A DNA stretch of 64,000 nt from NCBI RefSeq assembly GCF_028435265.1, contig NZ_JAGTJK010000012.1:102900-166899 (forward strand), given 5' to 3'. The DNA comes from Polyangium jinanense (GTDB taxonomy: Bacteria > Myxococcota_A > Polyangia > Polyangiales > Polyangiaceae). The notes beneath the pieces were generated by a model. That model ran no database searches. It saw only the letters and a program-made list of their open reading frames with translations, and was not told where the DNA came from. Shown one piece after another: positions 46,452-54,665 of this stretch; positions within the stretch are counted from its first letter, which is position 1, and every line of letters starts with the position of its first letter. The position numbers were made by a program, and so were the translations under genes.

Positions 46452-48452
46452 CTAATTGATCTTCACCATGCCGCCCTTCAAGGTCAGCATGCCGCCGCCC
46501 TCCACCGCCGCCTGCGCGCCGCCCTTCGCCTTCAGCGCGATCGCGCCCTCGAGCGTCATGTTCGTCCCGCCCTTGGCCTTGAAATCGGTGCCGGCCTTCA
46601 GGTCCATCGCCGTCCCGGACTCGGCCTTGAAATCCGTGCCCGCCTTCATCGAAAACGCCTGCTTGGCCTTGATCGTGACGCTCTTCGCCTCGATCACGAG
46701 GTCGCCGTCGACCTTGATCGTGTAGTTCTTCGTCACCTTGTAATCGAGGTTCGCCTTGTTCGTGTGCGCCTCGTCCTTGGTGACCGTGAGCGTGCGTTTG
46801 CCCTTCACGCTGTGCGTCTCGTCGCCCTTGTCGACCTTGATCGTGCGGTTGCCCTTGGTGACCGTGAGCGTCTCGTCGCCCTCCTCGATCGTCACCTTCC
46901 GCTCGTTTTTGACGTTCTTCGTGTAATCGTGGAGGACCTTGACCGTCCAGTCGTTCTCCACCTCGAAGAGCATGTCCTTCTGGGCGTGCGCGTAAAACTC
47001 CTCGTTATCCTTCTTGTCGTCGAAGCGCAGTTCGTTCCCCGCCTCGCCCTCCTTCGACGATCGGCTCAGGATCGTGCTCTTCGTCTGCGCGCCCGGCAGC
47101 CCATAAGGCACCGTCTGCTCGGCGTTGTACACCGAGCCCGTCACGAGCGGCCTGTCCGGGTCGCCGTCGATGAAGCTCACGACGACCTCCTGCCCGATGC
47201 GCGGCAAGAACCACGCGCCCCAGCTCTTGCCCGCCCACGCCTGCACGACGCGCACGAAGCACGAGCTCTTGTCGTCCTTCGCGCCCTTGCGATCCCAGTG
47301 GAACTGGACCTTGATGCGCCCGTATTCGTCGGTCCACTGCTCCTCGCCGCTCTTGCCCACGACGACGGCCGTCTGCGTGCCGGGGATCGCGGGCTTCGGC
47401 GTGATGCGCGGCGGGCGGTACGACGTCTTCTTCGGGAACGCCTCGAAGGTATTCGTGTACCCCTCCTGGCTTGCGCGGTGCATGATCGAGGTGAGAACCC
47501 AGTCCGTGTTCGCGTCGTCCCGATCGTGCTCGTCGAGCTTGAACGCGTGCCCCGCCGTGAAGGCGCGGCAGCTCGATGTACCCGACAAACGCACCGCCCG
47601 CGCCTCCTCGGCCTCGATGCGGAGCTTCGCGCGCGTGTCGCCCGGGCTTTTCTCGATGTGCCCGCCCGGGTACTCGAAGAGCTCGAGCTTGGCCGTTTCG
47701 CCCGAGACCTCCGCGAGCAGCGACGTGCTCGGCATCTCGAAGTTGTAATCCGTCGACGCGTACTTTCCCGCGACGATCTCCTCTTCGAGCGTGCACTCGA
47801 GGACGGCGTCCTCGTCCGTCGACGTGGAGAACTGCTCGACGAACCGCGCCTTGTCGAGGTTCGGGCACGGCGCGGCCGACGCGCTGTCGTCCGAGAGCAC
47901 CATCACGTGCTTGCCGTCCTCGTGCTTGAAATAATAATGGATCCCCTCGTCCTCCATGAGCCGCGACACGAAATCGAGCGCGGTCTCCTGGTACTGCACG
48001 CAGTAGGGGCGCGGGGTGTAGGAGCCCTTCAGCGAATCCTTGAAGTGCTCGCCCGACGAGAAGCCGAGCTCCTGGAAGAGCGCCTTCAGGATGTCGGGCA
48101 CGCTCTTCTCCTGGAAGATCCGGCAATCGCTGGTCTTGCCGAGCAGCCATAACCACGGGTGCAGCTCCGCGCGGTAACGCGTCTGCTTGCCGACGCGCCC
48201 CGCCTGGACGAACCGCGTGCAGATCCCGTGGATGAAGCGCGGCTTCTCCTTGGCCATGCCCCGGATCGTCAAGGTCACGCCCTTGCCGACGATCGCCTTG
48301 AAGTCGAGCGCCTTCTCCGGCGACAAAAGCTCGAGCTCGAAGCGGAAGAGCCCCGAGATCCGCTCTTCGCCATGCAGATCGACGAGCAGCACCGCGTCCG
48401 CGCCGAAGGGCGTCGAGATGGCGATGCCGAGGGTGCCCTGCGGATAAGGCAT
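46452..48452 (-). CDS. vgrG: Type VI secretion spike protein VgrG (TssI), 666 aa, no C-terminal toxin extension
   Basis: The N-terminal gp27-like and gp5-like regions are conserved (..TRYRAELHPWLWLL..; ..IKVQFHWDR...SCFVRV.Q.WAG..WGA.F.PRIGQEVVVSFIDGDPDRP). C-terminal beta-helix repeats. Confidence 0.9.
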   Translation of the reverse strand: MPYPQGTLGIAISTPFGADAVLLVDLHGEERISGLFRFELELLSPEKALDFKAIVGKGVTLTIRGMAKEKPRFIHGICTRFVQAGRVGKQTRYRAELHPWLWLLGKTSDCRIFQEKSVPDILKALFQELGFSSGEHFKDSLKGSYTPRPYCVQYQETALDFVSRLMEDEGIHYYFKHEDGKHVMVLSDDSASAAPCPNLDKARFVEQFSTSTDEDAVLECTLEEEIVAGKYASTDYNFEMPSTSLLAEVSGETAKLELFEYPGGHIEKSPGDTRAKLRIEAEEARAVRLSGTSSCRAFTAGHAFKLDEHDRDDANTDWVLTSIMHRASQEGYTNTFEAFPKKTSYRPPRITPKPAIPGTQTAVVVGKSGEEQWTDEYGRIKVQFHWDRKGAKDDKSSCFVRVVQAWAGKSWGAWFLPRIGQEVVVSFIDGDPDRPLVTGSVYNAEQTVPYGLPGAQTKSTILSRSSKEGEAGNELRFDDKKDNEEFYAHAQKDMLFEVENDWTVKVLHDYTKNVKNERKVTIEEGDETLTVTKGNRTIKVDKGDETHSVKGKRTLTVTKDEAHTNKANLDYKVTKNYTIKVDGDLVIEAKSVTIKAKQAFSMKAGTDFKAESGTAMDLKAGTDFKAKGGTNMTLEGAIALKAKGGAQAAVEGGGMLTLKGGMVKIN

Positions 48453-48570
48453 GGATCTTCAGACGAGAGCGTACCGGGCTTCTCGGGTTTTCGGCAAGAG
48501 GCTTGATCTCCGGCGCACACTCATCGATGATCGAGCGCGCTGTGGTGTGCTTTCAGGAAGAGACCTGCCG

Positions 48571-49860
48571 ATGACGTTCTTCCGAACGGGCCATGGTCTC
48601 TTCCAGTTCGGGAGGCCGAAGCGCCTCGACAGGCACGGGATCCTCGCCTTTCTGCGCAGCGTCGCGACCGATCGTGGAGGCATGCTGGAGCTTCGGCGCA
48701 TCCTCGCCGACGAGCTGCATCGCACGTCGATCCACAACATGCGCGACGAGCTCGTGATCGAGCAGCTCGCGGACCGTTACCTGCGCGGCTCGCTCACGCT
48801 CGTCCACGTGCGCCCGCTCGACATCGGGATCGAGCTCGAGGGCTTCCTCGTCGAAGGCGCGGACGCCACGCCTTTGACCGGCCCGAAGAACGAGGCCGGC
48901 GACCTGCGCCCCGCGCCCGAGGTCCCACCCGAATATCCGGTCCTCGCGCGTGTCGAGTCCGATCAGATCATCGACTCCACGCTGAAGCTCGTCGCGAAAC
49001 TCGGCGATCTGCTCTTCGGGGCGTTTGGCCTGCAAAAACGTCCCTCGACGCTCGCGAAGGAGCTCGTGCTGCTCGCCGCCGAAGAGGCGAGCGGCGTGAA
49101 GCTCGCGAACACGAAGGTCGATCTCGATCTCGGGTTGCAACTGCATCCGCAGGGCAAGATCCTGCTGCCCGATCCGCAAGTGAAGGACGCGTACGTCGCC
49201 GCGGCGGCCGAGATCGCGGCGGGGCCGCGTCCGGCGGCAAAGGGTCTCATCGATTTGATGTGGCCGCTCACGCGGGTCGACACGAACCGCCGCTTCGACA
49301 ATCCCGTCGGGGCCGGGCCGGTGAAGAGCGATCAAAGCGACGGGAAGAAGGGCCCCGAGGCCGCGCTGGATTGGGTCGAAATCGAGCTCGTCGACGACGG
49401 CGATCCGCCGAAGCCCTACGCCGGCGCGCGGTATCGAATCGAGCTCGAGGGCGGCAAGGTGATCGAGGGGACGCTCGACGACGACGGCAAGGCGCGCGTC
49501 GATGGGATTCCGTCGGGCAGCGGGACCGTCACGTTCCCGGACATCGACGCCGGGTTTTGGGGGACGAACGGCGCAGGCAGCGCAGGCGCCGCCGCGCCGC
49601 CGCCTCCGTCTTCGTCGTCGTCCTCCGCGGTCTCCGCGGACGAGGCGTGGGTCGAGATCGAGCTCGTCGACGACGACGACCCGCCGAAGCCCCGCGCCGG
49701 CGCGCGATATCGTATCGAGCTCGAGGGCGGCAAGGTGGTCGAGGGGACGCTCGACGACCAAGGGAAAGCGCGCGTCGACGGGATTCCGTCGGGCAGCGGG
49801 ACCGTCACGTTCCCGGATATCGATGGCAGCACGTGGGGGCCGGGAGAACGAGGCACATGA
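48571..49860 (+). CDS. Hypothetical protein (429 aa) with two C-terminal copies of a ~55-aa repeat (W.EIELVDD.DPPKP.AGARYRIELEGGKV.EGTLDD.GKARVDGIPSGSGTVTFPDID)
   Basis: AGGAAG RBS. The internal duplication is exact at many positions. No catalytic motif recognised. Divergent from vgrG. Confidence 0.55.
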   Translation: MTFFRTGHGLFQFGRPKRLDRHGILAFLRSVATDRGGMLELRRILADELHRTSIHNMRDELVIEQLADRYLRGSLTLVHVRPLDIGIELEGFLVEGADATPLTGPKNEAGDLRPAPEVPPEYPVLARVESDQIIDSTLKLVAKLGDLLFGAFGLQKRPSTLAKELVLLAAEEASGVKLANTKVDLDLGLQLHPQGKILLPDPQVKDAYVAAAAEIAAGPRPAAKGLIDLMWPLTRVDTNRRFDNPVGAGPVKSDQSDGKKGPEAALDWVEIELVDDGDPPKPYAGARYRIELEGGKVIEGTLDDDGKARVDGIPSGSGTVTFPDIDAGFWGTNGAGSAGAAAPPPPSSSSSSAVSADEAWVEIELVDDDDPPKPRAGARYRIELEGGKVVEGTLDDQGKARVDGIPSGSGTVTFPDIDGSTWGPGERGT

Positions 49861-50072
49861 GCGACGAAGTCCTTTACTCCGATCTCGGGATTCCCGAGTG
49901 GGATCCGGACCGCGAACCTGCGGCGGAGCCCGAGGCCGGCGCGTCCCCCCCGGGGCCGCCCGCGCAGGGCTCCATCGAGGATATGGGCGTGCGCTGCGTG
50001 GCGCGGTCGGCGGACGGGACACGAGCGGTGTGTACGCTCGAAGTGCTGCGGCCGTTTGTCCTGTCCGCTTGA
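49857..50072 (+). CDS. Small acidic hypothetical protein (71 aa), translationally coupled (ATGA) to the upstream gene
   Basis: The ATG overlaps the stop of 48571-49860. Short ORF, so weak support. Confidence 0.3.
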   Translation: MSDEVLYSDLGIPEWDPDREPAAEPEAGASPPGPPAQGSIEDMGVRCVARSADGTRAVCTLEVLRPFVLSA

Positions 50073-50098
50073 GCTGACGACGCATCCTGGAGAACGCC

Positions 50099-53000
50099 AT
50101 GAGCAAGAAGATGCCGACGAAAGGGGTGCTCACGTTCGAGGCCGAGGGCAGCGACTCGAGCAGCTCGCCTTATTACTCGCGCGTGCTCCACCACCCGACG
50201 ATGGGGTCGGGCGTGACGATCGGCCGCGGCTACGACATGAAGGACCGTTCGTCCGCGGACGTCGAAAAAGATTTCGTCGCGGCGGGTCTGTCCGCGGATG
50301 TCGCGAAGAAGTATGCCAAAGGCGCGGGGCTCACGGGGTCCGAGGCGCGGACGTTCGTCACGAACAACAAGGGCGTCTTGCCCGAGCTCACGTGGGACCA
50401 GCAGCTCGCGCTCTTCGAGTCCACGTATGCGTGGCACGAGAAGGACGTCAAGCGCATCTGCGACAAGGAAGATTGTCAGAACATCTACGGCGTCGTGGAC
50501 TTCAAGACGCTCCACCCGCGCATCCTCGACGTGCTCGTGGATCTCAGGTTCCGCGGCGACTACACGCCCGCGTCGCGCAAGCGCATCCAGAAGCTCGTCG
50601 TCGAGAACGATTATGCGCGCTTCCGCGCGGACCTCTCCAATCGGTCGAACTGGAGCGCGGTGCCGGAGGACCGTTTCGATCGGCGGAGCAAGTACCTGAA
50701 GGACGCGCCGCAGACGGACGACACGGCCGATCACGAGGATGTGACGTACAGCACGCCGACCAAATCGTTTGACCTCAAGACGATGGGCGAGGCAGAGCTC
50801 TACGATCACCTCCGGAGCGTGTGGAAGGCGGAGCAGAAGGCGTTCGGCAACGAGGGCAAACCCGAATTCGACTTCCAGGACGAGGAGGGCCGCGTGAACC
50901 TGCTCGGCGCGCGCGGGTTCGACGCCGACCAGATGGTGCCCGTGCCGAGCACGAACACGAAATACGACGACACGCTTTTCCTCGTCTACAAGAAGGACGG
51001 CGCGAAGCACGTCGAGAAGTTCCACTACTCGAGCGAGTGGACGAGGACGGGCTCGAAGGGGGCCGTGATCATCCTCGGGCAGCACAAGTACTGCCTGGCG
51101 ATCCACAAGAAGCTCAAGGAAGACGGCACGCCCTACCCGTACAACAAGCTCCCCGCGTGGCGCGATTACTACAACACGAACAAGACGCAGCCGCCGGGAG
51201 CCGGTTACCGCGCATTGAACCCGGACCCGACGGTCGGCATCGTCCGCGTGCACGATGCAAGCGCGGCAGGATCCGTGGGCGCTGAGACCACGGGGGTCAC
51301 GCAGAACGCCTCGATCAACATCCATTACGGCGGCGAGGTGCCGAGCGGCTGGACGCCCAGCAAGGGGTGGTCCGACGGGTGCCAGGTCCTCATGCGCGGC
51401 GACCGGTACCTGCGGTTCATGGAGGTCATCGAGTCCGATCACTCCCTGAAGGGCACGATCAACAACGAGCTCGCGCCCAAGCCTTCGGCCGACGGGAAGC
51501 GGTCGCTCATCTACACGCTCGTCAAGGGCGACTCCCTCGCGCCGAGGGACGCGCCGTCCATGGGGTTCCCCGTGGACATCGGCAAAGGGAAGAAGATCGA
51601 CAATTCGACCACGCTCGCGATGTTCGAGCACACCGAGAAGACGATCGACAGCGGCTATTTCCCTCTCGGGACGAATACGACCTGGCACGGCGGCGCCCAT
51701 TTGCACGTCGCCGAGGGGACCGCGGTCCACGCGATGTTCGACGGGCGGATCGTCGCCGCGCGGCTGCCCGCGGCGGCGGACAAATCGAAGGGGGCCTTCG
51801 GCAGCAGGAACTTCATCCTGATCCGGCACGAGATCGACGGGGATCGCTTGAACAAGGCGAATGCCCTGCTCAAGCGCACCCTCATCGGGTACACGATCCG
51901 CGCCGAGACGCTCGTGCTCCGCAAGGAGCCGGGCAACGCCGCGGCCGTCGTCGATACCTTGAAGGTGGGCGACGAGGTGCTGCTGAAGACCGTCCCCCAT
52001 CCGAAGAAGGACGGCGTCTCGTGGGCGCACGTCGTCGTTTCCAAATCGGCGAAGGAAGGCCTGAAGGACAAGGTCGGCTATGTGGCCGCCACGTCCTTGC
52101 TCGTCACGCCCAGGTACGCGCCGCCGAAGGAGCGCGTGAAGCCGTCCGAGACGCGGGTGGTGTATTCGCTCTACATGCACCTCGGGCCCCAGGCGCTCGA
52201 CACGACGAACTCCGTCCTCGCCTCGATCCCCTGGGTCTCGGGGGCGCAGTGGAGCGTGTCGGACGACGTCCGGCTCCGCAGCGCGCCGGGCGTCCCGGAT
52301 CCGGACAAGACGCAGATCGGTACGCTCGTCTCCGGCGACACGTTCGTGCAGCTCACCCCCGACCTCGTGACCGCGGGGAGTTATCAGTGGATGAAGGTCC
52401 GCGTCACCAAGGCGAAAGACGCGAAGCTCGCGAACAAGGAGGGGTTCGTCGCGAAGCTCGACAAACGCATGAGCCTCACGAAGGCGCCGAGCGCGGAGAT
52501 CCTCGACAAGCTCAAGTCCGGCGACGTGGTCAAGCTCGACAAACCGGTGGTCGCGGGGGAGCAGATCTGGACGGCGGGCACGATGACGGGGGCCTCGGGT
52601 GGGGCGCAGGCGGGCATTCACTGGGAGGTCTTCTCGGAGCAGCCCCTCTTCCCGGACTGGCCGTCCGCCGACGATCCCGACGAAAATCTGAACATGGACG
52701 TGAAGAAGATTTTCGACATGATCGAGCAGGAGTTCTGGGGGTACAACGACACGATCTCCGCGTCCGAGCTGAACGATTTCTACAAGAACAATCCCAAGGC
52801 GAAATCGCTGCGATACTACGCGTGCCGGTTCATGAGCGAGTGGGGCTGCGACATCGACAAGGCCGTCGCGCAGATCCAATCGAGGGGGCTCTACAGCGTC
52901 TCGGGGCTCGCCGACAAGATGCGGCCCTACCTGTGGTGGAAGGAGGCGGAGGGCAAGAAGGTGGAGCTGCCGAAGAGCCCGATCGTCTGGCACTACAACC

Positions 53001-53986
53001 CGATCGGGTTCGTCTACGCGATGACCAAGATCGAGGAGACCCCCGCCCCGCGCACCGAGCCGGCGCAGACGAAGGAGGATCCGAAGGTCGCCACGGAGAC
53101 GCAATGGTCCGGCGTCGCGTACGGCGATTACGTGCTGAAGAAGGGCGACGACGACGGCAAGCAGACCTGGGGCGGCCTCGCGCGCAAGGAGAAGGGCACA
53201 TACGTGGTCGAGCTGCAGAAGGATCTGCTCGAGCTCGGCTACTGGATCAGCGCCGCGAGCTCGAACAAGGGGATGAACGCCGACGGCAATTTCGGCGGCA
53301 CGGTGCGCGGCGCCGTCATGCTCTTCCAGCGCGAGCACGGGTTGAAGGAGACGGGGGAGGTCGACGCGGCGACGGCGAAGCTCATCAAGGAAAAGACGAA
53401 GGTAGCGAACTACGAGCGGCCCGGGCACAAGGCGGGCGATTACGGTCAGTTTTATCAGCTCCCGCCTTCGGAGAACTACGAGCGGTACGACGAGGTGCGC
53501 GACGACAATTGCATCCCGAAGGACAACTGGGGCACGAAGGAGATGATCAAGATGCTCACCTCCGCGGGCAAGGCCTGGAAGGAGCAAGGAAAGTCGCTGT
53601 TCCTGGTCGGGGACGTCTCGCTCTACAACGGTGGCAAGATGGACCCGCACAAGTCCCACCAGGACGGCACCGGCGTGGACCTCGACTCCGATGAGCTGTG
53701 CAGCATCAACCGGGCGACGTTCAAGAAAGAGGAGTCCCTGTCGCTCACGCAGCTGCTCATCAAGCACGGCGCGAAGCGCGTCCTCTTCAATTGCAAGTAC
53801 GTGACCGACCAGGTGCCCGAGGCGTTCGCGTTATCGGGGCACCACCACCATTACCACGTCGACGTGAAGCCGGGGCTGAAGACGAACGAGCACCCCGAGG
53901 AGGAGTGCAAGTGGTGCCACAAGTCGGTGTACAAGAAGTGCGACTACGCCAAGAAGGCGAAGCGCTCGGACTCGGAGCTCACCTGA
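50099..53986 (+). CDS. Multi-domain peptidoglycan hydrolase (1295 aa): N-terminal lysozyme-like (phage/pesticin-type) domain, M23/LytM-like domain with atypical metal-ligand motifs, PG-binding domain and C-terminal M15/VanY-like (LAS) peptidase domain
   Basis: GSGVTIGRGYDM..LVDLRFRGDY (T4-lysozyme-like). EGTAVHAMFDGRIVAA / YSLYMHLG / TGASGGAQAGIHWEVF (M23 pattern with HLHF replaced by IHWE). LQKDLLELGYW..DGNFGG.VRGAVMLFQREHGL (PG_binding_1). KSHQDGTGVDLD...HHHYHVD (SxHxxGxAxD-like M15 motif). GGAGA RBS. Confidence 0.75.
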   Translation: MSKKMPTKGVLTFEAEGSDSSSSPYYSRVLHHPTMGSGVTIGRGYDMKDRSSADVEKDFVAAGLSADVAKKYAKGAGLTGSEARTFVTNNKGVLPELTWDQQLALFESTYAWHEKDVKRICDKEDCQNIYGVVDFKTLHPRILDVLVDLRFRGDYTPASRKRIQKLVVENDYARFRADLSNRSNWSAVPEDRFDRRSKYLKDAPQTDDTADHEDVTYSTPTKSFDLKTMGEAELYDHLRSVWKAEQKAFGNEGKPEFDFQDEEGRVNLLGARGFDADQMVPVPSTNTKYDDTLFLVYKKDGAKHVEKFHYSSEWTRTGSKGAVIILGQHKYCLAIHKKLKEDGTPYPYNKLPAWRDYYNTNKTQPPGAGYRALNPDPTVGIVRVHDASAAGSVGAETTGVTQNASINIHYGGEVPSGWTPSKGWSDGCQVLMRGDRYLRFMEVIESDHSLKGTINNELAPKPSADGKRSLIYTLVKGDSLAPRDAPSMGFPVDIGKGKKIDNSTTLAMFEHTEKTIDSGYFPLGTNTTWHGGAHLHVAEGTAVHAMFDGRIVAARLPAAADKSKGAFGSRNFILIRHEIDGDRLNKANALLKRTLIGYTIRAETLVLRKEPGNAAAVVDTLKVGDEVLLKTVPHPKKDGVSWAHVVVSKSAKEGLKDKVGYVAATSLLVTPRYAPPKERVKPSETRVVYSLYMHLGPQALDTTNSVLASIPWVSGAQWSVSDDVRLRSAPGVPDPDKTQIGTLVSGDTFVQLTPDLVTAGSYQWMKVRVTKAKDAKLANKEGFVAKLDKRMSLTKAPSAEILDKLKSGDVVKLDKPVVAGEQIWTAGTMTGASGGAQAGIHWEVFSEQPLFPDWPSADDPDENLNMDVKKIFDMIEQEFWGYNDTISASELNDFYKNNPKAKSLRYYACRFMSEWGCDIDKAVAQIQSRGLYSVSGLADKMRPYLWWKEAEGKKVELPKSPIVWHYNPIGFVYAMTKIEETPAPRTEPAQTKEDPKVATETQWSGVAYGDYVLKKGDDDGKQTWGGLARKEKGTYVVELQKDLLELGYWISAASSNKGMNADGNFGGTVRGAVMLFQREHGLKETGEVDAATAKLIKEKTKVANYERPGHKAGDYGQFYQLPPSENYERYDEVRDDNCIPKDNWGTKEMIKMLTSAGKAWKEQGKSLFLVGDVSLYNGGKMDPHKSHQDGTGVDLDSDELCSINRATFKKEESLSLTQLLIKHGAKRVLFNCKYVTDQVPEAFALSGHHHHYHVDVKPGLKTNEHPEEECKWCHKSVYKKCDYAKKAKRSDSELT

Positions 53987-53990
53987 GCCG

Positions 53991-54665
53991 CTAGAGCCCG
54001 TACACCTTCGCGAGCGCCTTCTGCGTCGTCGCGTCGTACTTGCCCGTCACGGAGATCTTTTCGGCGCGCTGGAAGGCCTCGATCGCCGCGGTCGTCGCCT
54101 CGTCGAGCGTGCCGCTCGGCTCGTCGGCATGAAGCCCGAGGTTCTTGAGGCGCGTTTGCGCCCCGCGGATCGTGTCGATCGGCTCGAGCTCGCCGAGCGC
54201 GAGCTTGTACGTTTGTCGCCGGTTCGGCAGCTTCAGCACCGCCTCGGCCTGATCCGCCGGCACCTCGGCTTCCAGTGTCCCGTCGTCCCCTGTCGTCCCC
54301 TCGAGCTTGCGCTCGCCGCACTCGATCTCCCAGGGCTCGTTCGCGAGCGGCTCCTGGCCCGCGGTGAGCTTCAGGTAGACCCGGACCTTTTCGCGCTTGA
54401 CCACGAACCTGTGCGACTTGCCCGTCTCGATCGGCGACGGCTTCGGCTTCGGCTGCGGCACCGTCACCTTGTCGCCCGGCGCGAGCACGTTCGGATCCTT
54501 GCGCAGCTTGCGCAGCGCCGCGTTCTCCGGCGCCTCCCATACCGTCTTCCACGGAAGACCGTATTTCGCCGCGATCGTCGCGATGCACTCCCCCGCCTGG
54601 ACGTCGTGTGTCGTGCCTGCCATGGCGATTCCCAGGCGATGATACACGTCGCGCTGTCCGATCAC
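53991..54665 (-). CDS. LysM + PG-binding-domain protein carrying the same ~55-aa repeat found in 48571-49860
   Basis: LysM (HDVQAGECIATIAAKYGLPWKTVW...LAPGDKVTVP). Repeat-like core (..WEIECGERKLEGTTGDDGTLEAEVP). C-terminal PG_binding_1 (IDTIRGAQTRLKNLGLHADEPSGTLDEATTAAIEAFQ). Convergent with the hydrolase gene, 4 bp apart. Confidence 0.7.
   Translation of the reverse strand: MIGQRDVYHRLGIAMAGTTHDVQAGECIATIAAKYGLPWKTVWEAPENAALRKLRKDPNVLAPGDKVTVPQPKPKPSPIETGKSHRFVVKREKVRVYLKLTAGQEPLANEPWEIECGERKLEGTTGDDGTLEAEVPADQAEAVLKLPNRRQTYKLALGELEPIDTIRGAQTRLKNLGLHADEPSGTLDEATTAAIEAFQRAEKISVTGKYDATTQKALAKVYGL

Noticed and set aside
49874-53767. 1297-aa minus-strand ORF overlapping the PG-hydrolase gene
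   Set aside because: Antisense shadow. Arg/Leu/Val/Asp-rich without motifs, while the plus strand carries several recognisable catalytic domains.
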